A stretch of DNA of 39,395 bases from Parcubacteria group bacterium (lineage in GTDB: Bacteria; Patescibacteriota; Minisyncoccia; Phycocordibacterales; JACNGX01): the NCBI GenBank assembly GCA_014383885.1, contig JACNGX010000038.1, forward strand, positions 1 through 39,395, written 5' to 3'. The translations under genes and the position numbers were made by a program. The notes beneath the pieces were generated by a model. The model searched no databases, had not been told where the DNA came from, and saw only the letters and a program-made list of their open reading frames with translations. Below are positions 17,799-26,987 of the stretch, one piece after another. The stretch's first letter is position 1; each line of letters begins with the position of its first letter.

Positions 17799-18651
17799 AT
17801 CTCCCCGTGATACTTTGCTCCATTATTTGTTTGGTGTATCCACGGTACATAAAACTATTCTTGTACTCAGACACATTCCTTACAAGACGATCATATTCTT
17901 TCTTTGGAGAGACAACAGGTTCTTTTGATTCAAGAAATAAACGAGTGCATATATTATCAAACTCACCTTTGCACACAGAAACATTGCTCAATCTTTCACG
18001 TTTAGCGAGAGTGAGTGCTTCGTCCATAACATGAAAATCGTCATTTCCTTCTTTTTTCTTCTTCTGAATGTATGCTTGCATTTCTCTTCTTCGAATAGGA
18101 GTGCTCTTAAGGTATTTTTGTATCACCCGCGCACAATACTCTTGAGTATCCTGTTCAAATTCGTGTAATGCACATGGATATTCCACGTGAATATTTTCAT
18201 ACCCCTTTTCATACATACATTTTGTAACAAACGTCTCTGGACGTTTCGATTCTCCAGGAGATGGAATACACGTGAGTGCTTCTTTTAGAAGCTCTGTTCT
18301 ATAGAGATGTGGACCATTTGGTGTAATGGTTCCTGTCGTATATTCATACGCAAGCGGATTCATGAAAAAAGTCTTTTGAGGAAAACGATCCATGAACGAA
18401 ATCATCGTCTCAAGAGTTCCAGGAAGCACAATCATGTCGGCATCAATAAAGAATGTATATTCCTTTCCGTGCTCAAGCGCTTTTTTATACCCCACCCGAA
18501 GTGTCTGTGTAAACGGAGTAACATCACGAATAATCGTGATGTTACTGTCAAAAAATCCGTTCTCTTTTATGGCGTAGATAGTGATCGGCTCACTCCGTTC
18601 TCCGACAGACCGGACGATAACACATGCTCGTTTGGTATTCTCTGTATCCAT
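17731..18651 (-). CDS. Hypothetical protein, possibly a GT-A-fold glycosyltransferase with a divergent basic C-terminal half
   Basis: 306 aa. The N-terminal ~120 aa resemble GT-A enzymes (VIVRSVGER..., DxD-like FIDADM). The C-terminal half matches no family I recognise. It is the last gene of the GT operon. Confidence 0.45.
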   Translation of the reverse strand: MDTENTKRACVIVRSVGERSEPITIYAIKENGFFDSNITIIRDVTPFTQTLRVGYKKALEHGKEYTFFIDADMIVLPGTLETMISFMDRFPQKTFFMNPLAYEYTTGTITPNGPHLYRTELLKEALTCIPSPGESKRPETFVTKCMYEKGYENIHVEYPCALHEFEQDTQEYCARVIQKYLKSTPIRRREMQAYIQKKKKEGNDDFHVMDEALTLAKRERLSNVSVCKGEFDNICTRLFLESKEPVVSPKKEYDRLVRNVSEYKNSFMYRGYTKQIMEQSITGRFRKKQWGVFVRVVRRIFRFGKE

Positions 18652-18658
18652 ATGATAA

Positions 18659-19720
18659 TTATAGTACGCTTGATACTTTTTTCAACATACGTCTGTATAT
18701 ACTTTTTAGTATTCTTATATAACGAAATACGCCATATCGAAGAGACAAGAAAAAGATTGCTACTGGAGGTAATACACGGGGGCGTGCCTCCTGTACCACA
18801 CACTCAAAAAAAGCCAAATACCGAGAGCCTACTTCTTCCATCGAAGATACTGCAATATGAGAACGGTAATCAGATATGTGATGAGCAACACGATCAATCA
18901 CCGCAAGCACATCTGTAGTATCAGTGAACACCTCTCCCCCTTTACCAATGAGCTCAGGATGCCCACCGCTTGAGCGCACAACTGCTGGAAGTCCTGAATG
19001 AAGAGCCTCAAGCAATGCGTTCGAGCATGGGTCATTCTTTGATGCCGTGATGAACATGTCGCTTTCGCGCAACTTCTGCGCAAGAACACGGCTTTCAAGC
19101 GGTGGTATCATACGTATATGCTTAAAAGAGACGGGGCTATTCCCAATAAATGTCATCTCATACCGGCCATAATCGAGATGTTCATCGAGAAAACGATAGA
19201 TATCAAAACCCTTTCCCTCATGATGTGACCAACTCGTAGCAATAATACGGATTCTTCCCGAATCCAAAGCTGTTGATGCGTCGTTGCCGGGATAAAAGAT
19301 ATCCGGGTCGGGGGCATTTACAATAACCACTTCATATTCATGATCCGCCATACCACGACGCTTATTTTCTTTCTTGCTCCAATATGATTGAAAGACGGTC
19401 GCATCCGATACCAGAGCATTGATGCGGTAAATCTCGCGATCAATACCCAAGCGTTTCTTCCCTCGATACATATTCACCGGCCCATCAACACGATGCACAA
19501 AAAGCTTCTCTGGATACGATTTCCGCAATGCCAATACTTTGGAAAACACCCCTCCTTTTCCACCTCCAAAAGAGTGGCTGTTGAAGACAATAATATCGGC
19601 CTCTTCGGGAGATTCTGTTACCACACCCTTCTCTCCTAGATACCGTTTGAGCATCTTAAAGAACTGATTAGCACCCCCAAACGGACCTTCAATAACATTG
19701 TAGAGAAAATATATCTTCAT
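18659..19720 (-). CDS. Glycosyltransferase, GT-B fold (GT4-like)
   Basis: 353 aa. The C-terminal motif NALLEALHSGLPAVVRSSGGHPELI is typical of GT4/GT1 enzymes. Confidence 0.85.
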   Translation of the reverse strand: MKIYFLYNVIEGPFGGANQFFKMLKRYLGEKGVVTESPEEADIIVFNSHSFGGGKGGVFSKVLALRKSYPEKLFVHRVDGPVNMYRGKKRLGIDREIYRINALVSDATVFQSYWSKKENKRRGMADHEYEVVIVNAPDPDIFYPGNDASTALDSGRIRIIATSWSHHEGKGFDIYRFLDEHLDYGRYEMTFIGNSPVSFKHIRMIPPLESRVLAQKLRESDMFITASKNDPCSNALLEALHSGLPAVVRSSGGHPELIGKGGEVFTDTTDVLAVIDRVAHHISDYRSHIAVSSMEEVGSRYLAFFECVVQEARPRVLPPVAIFFLSLRYGVFRYIRILKSIYRRMLKKVSSVL

Positions 19721-19725
19721 ATGAC

Positions 19726-20718
19726 TTACAATTTTGATTGCAATGCCTGAAATAATTTTTTATATAGTGGCATGATGACTTCCGGAGTGCATCTCTCTTT
19801 ACAGTACACAATGCCTCTTTCGGAGCATTCCTGCCGTTTTTGTTCATCATTTATTAGCTGTCTAAGAGAAGTACTCCAGTCTTCCGATGTATGACATATG
19901 TATGCCGGCGATCCTCCATACGAAGGAATAGGCGATGCACACACGGGAATGCCAAGCGCCATGGCAACACCTATTTTTGTAAATGTGTGTCCTTGATTAT
20001 ATGTCTCATGCACATCTCTCGGTGCAATAAAGATATCTCCATGAAGAATATGTGCAACAATGTCACGTTCACAATACGGCACAAACGACACGGGGATAGG
20101 ACCAAGATCAATTTTATGCTCTCGATTACTCACAATAATGATTTGAAAAGGATTCGCCTCAAAAATATCAATCAGCACATCTCGAATCTGTGTGATATCT
20201 CCAGCCTTAGGATAATATCCAACCCAGATAAGAGTCTTTGGCTTATGTGACACGTCTTTTCTCTTGAGAAAATACTTTCCATGAAGACTCTCTTCAATAA
20301 CAACCACTTCAGTATCGGGAAACAATTCTTTTACCACACCTGCAATATAATGCGATGAGACAATGACCGCATCACATATGCAGGTAAAGCGCATAATAGC
20401 ATCTCGCTGGGAGGGAAGAATTTTCTTTGATTCCGTATCGTAATAATTCACATTGATGTCCAAGACAATGCGAACACCCTGTCTCCTAAGTGCTATTGCT
20501 CGTTTGTATGCTCGAGCATCGAACACTTTTTGAAACACCACAACATCATACCGACGAAAAGGTATGTATAAACCAACACGAATATCCATATCCCCCGAAA
20601 AGAAACGAATCACATCATATGCTCGAATACGAGTCGAGGCCATAACGTGATTGTAGGGGCGAATATATGGAACAATAAAACCGACTCGTGTTTTTTTTTG
20701 TTTTTTCTTACACATCAT
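19726..20718 (-). CDS. Glycosyltransferase-like protein (probable GT-B fold)
   Basis: 330 aa. The C-terminus FTKIGVAMALGIPVCASPIPSYGG resembles the GT-B nucleotide-sugar binding region. The match is weaker than for its neighbours. Confidence 0.55.
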   Translation of the reverse strand: MMCKKKQKKTRVGFIVPYIRPYNHVMASTRIRAYDVIRFFSGDMDIRVGLYIPFRRYDVVVFQKVFDARAYKRAIALRRQGVRIVLDINVNYYDTESKKILPSQRDAIMRFTCICDAVIVSSHYIAGVVKELFPDTEVVVIEESLHGKYFLKRKDVSHKPKTLIWVGYYPKAGDITQIRDVLIDIFEANPFQIIIVSNREHKIDLGPIPVSFVPYCERDIVAHILHGDIFIAPRDVHETYNQGHTFTKIGVAMALGIPVCASPIPSYGGSPAYICHTSEDWSTSLRQLINDEQKRQECSERGIVYCKERCTPEVIMPLYKKLFQALQSKL

Positions 20719-21517
20719 GTTTTTTCATGACAAGCAGCACTGAATGGCCAAAAAATGGAGGTAGGACGTACTCTGAAATCTTTCGCAATACTTTCCAGAA
20801 TATGTTTCTCCCCTCAGATACAGCACTGAGTATTGTCTTACCAAAAAAAACTTCGTCCTTCAGACCTTTCAGTCGAGATTGATATTTTTTCATACAAAGA
20901 GAAAACCCTCGTCGTTCCATATCAGCAATCACATCTTCAGCACGGAGGGCGTATTGATAAAACACTTCATCATTTTGTCGTTGTGAGAGGGGTGGATATC
21001 TCCCCGCACGTCCTTTCCATCTCCGAAAGCCGCTCATCTGTGGAAACGAGACAAAAGCATACCCGCCCGGAGCGATAACACGCGCCATTTCGTCAAGAAT
21101 ATCGTCATGCCCTTCTTGGAAATGTTCAATAACACCAATCGACCAATATCCTTGAAAATAATTATCGGGAAAATCTATAGCACGCACATCCCCCTCAATA
21201 ATAGAGAGATCGGGAAAATGCGCATGGAGCGCACTCACTGTCTCGTGCGCAGTATCGATTCCGCGTGCATCGTATCCTGCATTACGAAGTGCAAGCACCA
21301 CATGCCCATCCCCGCACCCTCCCTCAAAAATGCGTGGGGCATATAACACGGGCAAGAAGCGCTTTGTCACGGCAGGCATGCGCGTGTTCCCGTAAGCACG
21401 GGACCGTACACGATCAGAAAATTTCTCATGTTTCCATTGTGCATCCCAAAAAGAAGGGTCGGGACGCTGTCCAAAAAAGAGGACCCGTTTTGAGTCGGAA
21501 TCGTAATATTTGTTCAT
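20708..21517 (-). CDS. Class I SAM-dependent methyltransferase
   Basis: 269 aa. Motif I reads IFEGGCGDGHVV and the post-II/III region reads APGGYAFVSF. It overlaps its neighbours by 4 and 11 nt. Confidence 0.85.
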   Translation of the reverse strand: MNKYYDSDSKRVLFFGQRPDPSFWDAQWKHEKFSDRVRSRAYGNTRMPAVTKRFLPVLYAPRIFEGGCGDGHVVLALRNAGYDARGIDTAHETVSALHAHFPDLSIIEGDVRAIDFPDNYFQGYWSIGVIEHFQEGHDDILDEMARVIAPGGYAFVSFPQMSGFRRWKGRAGRYPPLSQRQNDEVFYQYALRAEDVIADMERRGFSLCMKKYQSRLKGLKDEVFFGKTILSAVSEGRNIFWKVLRKISEYVLPPFFGHSVLLVMKKHDV

Positions 21518-22632
21518 ATGTTTCGTTCACACACAACTACCTCTATGTGCTTTGCAAATACAGTAGTCGTATGATGTGTTTCTGCCTTTTTCCGCGCGCA
21601 TCTTCCCATGTTCACACAATGCTGACGATTGCCGAGACACTGTTCGAGCGCACGTTTTAATGAGATAACATCCTTGCTCTTAAAAATGTACCCGTTTTCT
21701 CCTTCTTCAATATAGCATTTTGTGCCACATGTATCACTCACAATCACCGGAAGGCCATGCGCCATTGCCTCAAGTGGAGTGTAGGCTGCTGGTTCAGCAT
21801 AACTTGGAAGGACAAAGATGTCATGTTGGAGGAATATCTCTTCCATATCGACATGAGGAACATCTCGAAGCACAGAGACAGCATCCGAAGGTATGTGCTC
21901 TCGAATGTATTCGACAATCTCATGTTCATACTCCTCATCGTAAGAGCTCCCCACAAGAGTAAGGGTGATATCGTATCGAACGAGCAGTTCTTTATATGCG
22001 CGGAGAAGGAGGAGGAAGTCTTTTCTTTTCTGAAACTTGCCCACAGCCAAAATGCGCAATGGTCCACTCTTGGATATGTATCGTATTCGTTCGGGAACAG
22101 AGGTAGCAAAGGGAATATACACATACAAAGAATGTGCCTGCGAGCATATATTCTCAAGCGGAGAAATAATACCCCGCACACGAATAATATACTTAAGAAC
22201 AAAAAGGGTGACGCGTTTGCTTAGCGTGTCACCGCAATACCTCTCGGTCTGTGCAAGAAGATACACATTGCGACACAAAAGACGTGCAGAAAAAGACATG
22301 GTGACAGTAAACATATTTTTCTGACCTCTCACAAAAATCATATCAGGACGAACTTTCTGTAAAAAATAAATAACAGATCTGATACGCGGCACGCTCCATA
22401 TATACATAATCTTTTCAGTAAATTCTCTCCCAAACACATTGGAAAAGATATGACGAATCGCCTGAGAGACACACCCTTCTTCTACAACATATGGTGAAAC
22501 AACATCATAATCCTCAAGACCATTCAACGAGCGCAACGCAAGCACTGACACATGGTGCCCAGCATCTTGAAGAGCCTTCACGCGCATGCGCAAATTCAAA
22601 TGGAACCGAGGCACAATAAAGAGGACATTCAT
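21514..22632 (-). CDS. Glycosyltransferase family 4 (GT-B)
   Basis: 372 aa. It carries the EPAAYTPLEAMAHGLPVIVSDTCGTKCYIEEGENGYIF signature. Confidence 0.9.
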   Translation of the reverse strand: MNVLFIVPRFHLNLRMRVKALQDAGHHVSVLALRSLNGLEDYDVVSPYVVEEGCVSQAIRHIFSNVFGREFTEKIMYIWSVPRIRSVIYFLQKVRPDMIFVRGQKNMFTVTMSFSARLLCRNVYLLAQTERYCGDTLSKRVTLFVLKYIIRVRGIISPLENICSQAHSLYVYIPFATSVPERIRYISKSGPLRILAVGKFQKRKDFLLLLRAYKELLVRYDITLTLVGSSYDEEYEHEIVEYIREHIPSDAVSVLRDVPHVDMEEIFLQHDIFVLPSYAEPAAYTPLEAMAHGLPVIVSDTCGTKCYIEEGENGYIFKSKDVISLKRALEQCLGNRQHCVNMGRCARKKAETHHTTTVFAKHIEVVVCERNI

Positions 22633-22641
22633 AGACAGAAT

Positions 22642-23730
22642 CTACACGAGCCACAGCGGAGCAATGTGTTTGATGGAACGTGCAGTGAGCATATCATACG
22701 ATCGGTTGATATACATCTCTCGCGCCTTTTCATCCGCTTCCATCATTCTCACAATTGCGCTCTTAAGAGCCTCTTCATTGTCGACCGGTACAAGAAGTCC
22801 GTTCTCCTCATGGATAATAATTTCAGATGGGCCATATTTGCAGTCGGTACTTACCACCGGCACCCCCGAGGCCATTGCTTCCAAAAGAACATTCGGCATT
22901 CCCTCCATGCGCGATGAAAGGACAAACGCTCCTGCTTTTGCAAAACACGCAAAAGGATTCTCAACAGCTCCTGGCAGTGTTACATTTTTCTCCATGTGAA
23001 GCTCTCGGATGAGACCTTCGAGCATCTTTCGTTCACTTCCTTCTCCCATAATGACGAGATTCGTATCGCCCATACGCTCATCTTTTCGTGCATGTACATA
23101 CGCACGAATGAGTGTATCAAATCCCTTTTGCGGCACGAGCCTGCCGGCGGCGATGATTGTGCGAGATGACACTTCTGCCACAACACATTCGCTTCGTCTT
23201 TTCTTTTCAATATCCGCCAGATCAAGTGGGTTGGAAATGACATCTATCTTTTTAGGATCAAGATAATATTTCTCCAACAAAACATCGCGTATACCCTCTG
23301 CATTCACCACAATTCTCCCCGGCAGACGATACAGCGTCCGCATAAAAGGTTGATAAAGAGAATGGAGCGCCTCGGGATTATTGCGGACACTCACCGTGAG
23401 AATATCGAGCATGCCGAGAGAAGTACATGCAATAATCGCTGGGATACTCGCCCCCTCCATAAAGGTAATCACTGTATCGGGTCGCTCTTCTTTCAATATG
23501 CCTCTCAATGCACCTACGCGACGCAATACCATATACGCTTTTTTCAAGAGATTTTCATTAGCACCACAATCCATATCCACAATCCGTCCGCCATATGAAT
23601 ACGCGATGTCTGATGTGTCAGAGAGCGCAATCACCACCTCATGTTCTTTTGCCCACTCCTGCGACAGACGCGACACAACACGTTCGGCGCCGCCACGATG
23701 GAGAGAATAAATTGAGACAAGAATTTTCAT
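22642..23730 (-). CDS. Glycosyltransferase family 4 (GT-B)
   Basis: 362 aa. The N-terminus reads MKILVSIYSLHRGGAERV and the C-terminus reads EGMPNVLLEAMASGVPVVSTDCKYGPSEII. Confidence 0.9.
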   Translation of the reverse strand: MKILVSIYSLHRGGAERVVSRLSQEWAKEHEVVIALSDTSDIAYSYGGRIVDMDCGANENLLKKAYMVLRRVGALRGILKEERPDTVITFMEGASIPAIIACTSLGMLDILTVSVRNNPEALHSLYQPFMRTLYRLPGRIVVNAEGIRDVLLEKYYLDPKKIDVISNPLDLADIEKKRRSECVVAEVSSRTIIAAGRLVPQKGFDTLIRAYVHARKDERMGDTNLVIMGEGSERKMLEGLIRELHMEKNVTLPGAVENPFACFAKAGAFVLSSRMEGMPNVLLEAMASGVPVVSTDCKYGPSEIIIHEENGLLVPVDNEEALKSAIVRMMEADEKAREMYINRSYDMLTARSIKHIAPLWLV

Positions 23731-23733
23731 AAC

Positions 23734-24864
23734 CTATACACGATACACCTCCTCATACTCATCTACCGTGCGCGCAAGGGTAAACATGTCGGCTTTGGAT
23801 TTTGTGCGTGCTTTTCTCTCATGTTCGGAAAGACGAAGCACACGCTCACACGCTTGGAGGAAACCTTCCTCATCACCAAGTTCGTAGAGTCCTTCAGGGA
23901 GAATTGTTTCGGCATTCCCGCCCACGTCGCTTGCCACAATAGGCAACCCTGCAATGAGTGCTTCAATGAGCGTAATGGAGAGTCCTTCATAGCGCGACGT
24001 GAGTGTAAAGAGGTCAAAAGCTTTCGCGAAACGAAATCCTTCCGGCACCGCTCCCACAAGATGCACACTCTCCGAAAGATGAAGAGCCTCAATCTCTTTC
24101 TCCACCAAAGCTCGCTCATCACCATCACCAATAATAATGAGGTGTGCGTGTTCATGACTTTTTTTCAACTGTGCAAATGCACGCACAAGAAACGCATAGT
24201 CTTTCTGATAGGCAATACGTCCGATTGAACCAACGAGAAATGCATCGTCGGGAATTACTGTGTTGCAAAGTGCTCCCAACTCCCTCCGCGCTTCCCCGCG
24301 AGAAAGAAAATCCTCATCCGAAAGAGCAAGACCGTTGTAAATAACACGGGCGTTTTTCGCCATACCAAGCTCTTTCCCTCGCTCCATATTTTCTTTACTT
24401 ACAAACACCGACACATCAACACATGGCAAAAAGATTCGGAAGAAAAGTGTGTAAATATATCGCTTGAGAGCTGAAAGCTCGTAGTGTGTATCAAGGAGCG
24501 ACATCCCGCGAAAGGTGAAAACGGTCTTCGGACGGTTCTTTTTTGAGACGAGTTTTGTGGAAAGCGCGGCAACGAGCGCATTCGAGCTATTCACATGGAG
24601 TACGTCGTATTTCTTGAGAGAAAGAATGTTCTTCATCTCAATAATAAAACGAAACATGTCCAGAGGATTATGTCCACGAGTAAGATGCACGAGACGCATC
24701 CACGCAATCCCCTCTCTTTCAAGCATTGTCGGAAGCGTATCGCCATCACGACCAATACCGACAGTCACGGTATGTCCTCGTTTTGAAAACTCACGTGCAA
24801 GATTGAAAACCGACGTCTGCGCCCCGCCAATATCACCTCTGGTAATAATAAGAAGAATGTTCAT
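23734..24864 (-). CDS. Glycosyltransferase family 4 (GT-B)
   Basis: 376 aa. The N-terminus reads MNILLIITRGDIGGAQTSV and the C-terminus reads EGLSITLIEALIAGLPIVASDVGGNAETI. Confidence 0.9.
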   Translation of the reverse strand: MNILLIITRGDIGGAQTSVFNLAREFSKRGHTVTVGIGRDGDTLPTMLEREGIAWMRLVHLTRGHNPLDMFRFIIEMKNILSLKKYDVLHVNSSNALVAALSTKLVSKKNRPKTVFTFRGMSLLDTHYELSALKRYIYTLFFRIFLPCVDVSVFVSKENMERGKELGMAKNARVIYNGLALSDEDFLSRGEARRELGALCNTVIPDDAFLVGSIGRIAYQKDYAFLVRAFAQLKKSHEHAHLIIIGDGDERALVEKEIEALHLSESVHLVGAVPEGFRFAKAFDLFTLTSRYEGLSITLIEALIAGLPIVASDVGGNAETILPEGLYELGDEEGFLQACERVLRLSEHERKARTKSKADMFTLARTVDEYEEVYRV

Positions 24865-24872
24865 AGTGTGTA

Positions 24873-25964
24873 TTATTCAAGTAAATCTTTCATTTTGAGA
24901 TTATAGCGTTCCGGCTCAAATATGGTGCGCGGAAATTTCTCTTTCATACGGAGGGCGGACTCTTTCAGAGAGTTCAAAATAGCAGGGTTATCCAAAAGAA
25001 GCAACATACGCTTGGTGAGGCACGCACTATCGCCCGGCGGACAAATGAGCGCGTCGTCGGTGGTTACAAGCGAGCCCACCACACCCACGTCGGTGGTGAG
25101 AAGGGGTGCGCCCGCAAGAAGCGCACGAATAAGAGCTGCGCCGTACCCTGCTTGTCTCGGAGTGTAGAGTGCAAGATCGGCATAGGCAAGATACGTACAC
25201 ACCGCGCTCTGTTCAAGAGTTGGGAGGCAGATGATGTGTTGCTCCAACGATTCTGCGTGAATAAGGCGTTTGATCTCTTTTTGAATACGCACGCATCCAG
25301 ACACTGTAAGAAACGCATTGGGATATCGGCGCGCCACCGGAGCAAACGCCAAAAGGGCGGTATGGACATCTTGTTCATGCATGTGTGTTGCATCGAGAAA
25401 AAAAACAGGTTGTCGATTATTGTACACATCCGGCCGTGTGTCGGGCACATGAGATACTAAAACGGGAGGAGGGACGATAGCGACAATCGCTGAGAGATCT
25501 TTTCCCGCACATGTATCGCACGTCTTCTTCACTCGTATAGACGGCACCACAGTCAAACGCGATTCTGTAAGAATACGCGCGATGTTGCGCGATGATTTAT
25601 CGCCCGCTGAAATTTCCTCGTGTACGTATATGTTGTACTCCGCGTGAAACGCGCGCGCGAGCGCGCGAGTATATCCTCCCACCTTCACGATATCATCACC
25701 AACAATAGAAACATACTCCTTAGCACTCTCCACAAACGGAGCGCACGCTTTTTTAACTCTGCGGGAAGTTATGAGGGAAAGACGGTACTCGTCTACATAC
25801 ACGACTTCCGTATTATTAGGGAGGTCATTAAGTGCTGACGATTCATCGCTTCGCACGACACACACAAACAATTTCTCGGTAAGGCGTGCCATACGCTCCA
25901 CACGTTCTTCCAGTGTGGAATCAAGGGTATCGGTATGATCATGTGCGATGAGGCAAATATACAT
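24873..25964 (-). CDS. Glycosyltransferase-like (GT-B fold, divergent: conserved Glu replaced in GYGAALIRALLAGAPLLTTDVG)
   Basis: 363 aa. It is the first gene of the 8-gene operon. The C-terminal half aligns by eye to the GT4 donor-binding region. Confidence 0.6.
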   Translation of the reverse strand: MYICLIAHDHTDTLDSTLEERVERMARLTEKLFVCVVRSDESSALNDLPNNTEVVYVDEYRLSLITSRRVKKACAPFVESAKEYVSIVGDDIVKVGGYTRALARAFHAEYNIYVHEEISAGDKSSRNIARILTESRLTVVPSIRVKKTCDTCAGKDLSAIVAIVPPPVLVSHVPDTRPDVYNNRQPVFFLDATHMHEQDVHTALLAFAPVARRYPNAFLTVSGCVRIQKEIKRLIHAESLEQHIICLPTLEQSAVCTYLAYADLALYTPRQAGYGAALIRALLAGAPLLTTDVGVVGSLVTTDDALICPPGDSACLTKRMLLLLDNPAILNSLKESALRMKEKFPRTIFEPERYNLKMKDLLE

Positions 25965-26031
25965 AAGTTACATTTGTTGCTTGTATAGGACACAAACAAC
26001 GCTCACGCAATTTTGTATTATTTTATCTTTT

Positions 26032-26358
26032 TTATCGTCTACCATTTTCCTCATGATACGCTGAAAGCGCAATCACCGCATCACGATCATCTTCTGAAGC
26101 AACGCGGTTATTTTTTACATGCCCACACACTTTGCATGTATGAACAATATATTCTTCCGTCCTTTTGATAAAAAAGCTCTCTGGTTTCATCATACCGCCA
26201 CATGAGGCAGCTCTATCCCCGGGATGAATGTCCACGTGTTTACTCCACAAACACTTTGGGCAGTGATTAGTGTAGCCGTTGCCGGCAACATGCATACCAC
26301 ATTTCTCACAGACAAAATCCTCTTTCATATGGCGAAATGTGGTACTCATTGACTCCAT
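26032..26358 (-). CDS. RNHCP-domain zinc-ribbon protein
   Basis: 108 aa. FVCEKCG...GYTNHCPKCLWSKHVDIHPGDRAASCGGMM...HTCKVCG matches the RNHCP-domain pattern (four Cys pairs plus the NHCP motif). Its function is unknown. Confidence 0.75.
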   Translation of the reverse strand: MESMSTTFRHMKEDFVCEKCGMHVAGNGYTNHCPKCLWSKHVDIHPGDRAASCGGMMKPESFFIKRTEEYIVHTCKVCGHVKNNRVASEDDRDAVIALSAYHEENGRR

Positions 26359-26393
26359 AATAACACAAAAACAATATTCCCTCCTCTGTCCTC

Positions 26394-26810
26394 ATGATAT
26401 ACTTATCAAATATGATTGAAGAGGTTGTCCTTAGAAAATTTGTCACGTGGATCAAACTCAAAGTCAAGCTTCATATCGCAGATATCAATTTTTATTTCCA
26501 CGAAAGGGAAATCTGGTGGGCAAGCTTAGGTGCTAACGTTGGTTATGAACAAGATGGGAAAAACAAGAAATTTGAACGCCCGGTGCTCATAGTGAAAAAG
26601 TTTAATTCTCATCTTCTATGGGTACTCCCTCTAACAAGCACAGTAAAAGAACACAAATATTACTTCAGGACGATGTACGAAAATCGAGAGTACTGTATTA
26701 TTCTCTCCCAGATTCGGACAATCAGCAGTAAAAGACTTCTACGTAAAATCCGAACACTCCCAGTTGACGAGTTTGAAGGTGTCAAAGAAAAAATAAGAGC
26801 GATTCTATAA
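26394..26810 (+). CDS. PemK/MazF-like toxin-fold protein (solitary type)
   Basis: 138 aa. EIWWASLGANVGYEQDGKNKKFERPVLIVKKFN...LPLTS...ILSQIRTISSKRL matches the MazF/PemK SH3-like toxin family. There is no adjacent small antitoxin ORF. Confidence 0.7.
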   Translation: MIYLSNMIEEVVLRKFVTWIKLKVKLHIADINFYFHEREIWWASLGANVGYEQDGKNKKFERPVLIVKKFNSHLLWVLPLTSTVKEHKYYFRTMYENREYCIILSQIRTISSKRLLRKIRTLPVDEFEGVKEKIRAIL

Positions 26811-26814
26811 AAAA

Positions 26815-26842
26815 CGATCCCCCATCCGTACGGATGGGGGTC
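26815..26842. terminator. Terminator-like hairpin after the MazF-like gene
   Basis: CCCCCATCCG-TA-CGGATGGGGG has perfect 10-bp arms (26819-26840). An A-run precedes it, so there is a T-run on the minus strand. A second small hairpin, CTCGG-AGC-CCGAG, follows. Confidence 0.6.
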
Positions 26843-26954
26843 TCGGAGCCCGAGGGCCTTTATGTACTCAATAATACCATCTTCAATCAAAAAAGCAACA
26901 TCTTATCTTGTAGAAAACAAAAACAGAGCAAAAAGAGAATATTATTGCATAATC

Positions 26955-26985
26955 AAAAAAGCGGCGCCACAGGCGCCACTTTTTT
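26955..26985 (-). terminator. Intrinsic terminator of ftsH
   Basis: A GC-rich 8-bp stem (26961-26968 / 26972-26979) is followed on the minus strand by TTTTTT. It sits directly after the ftsH stop. Confidence 0.75.
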
Positions 26986-26987
26986 GA

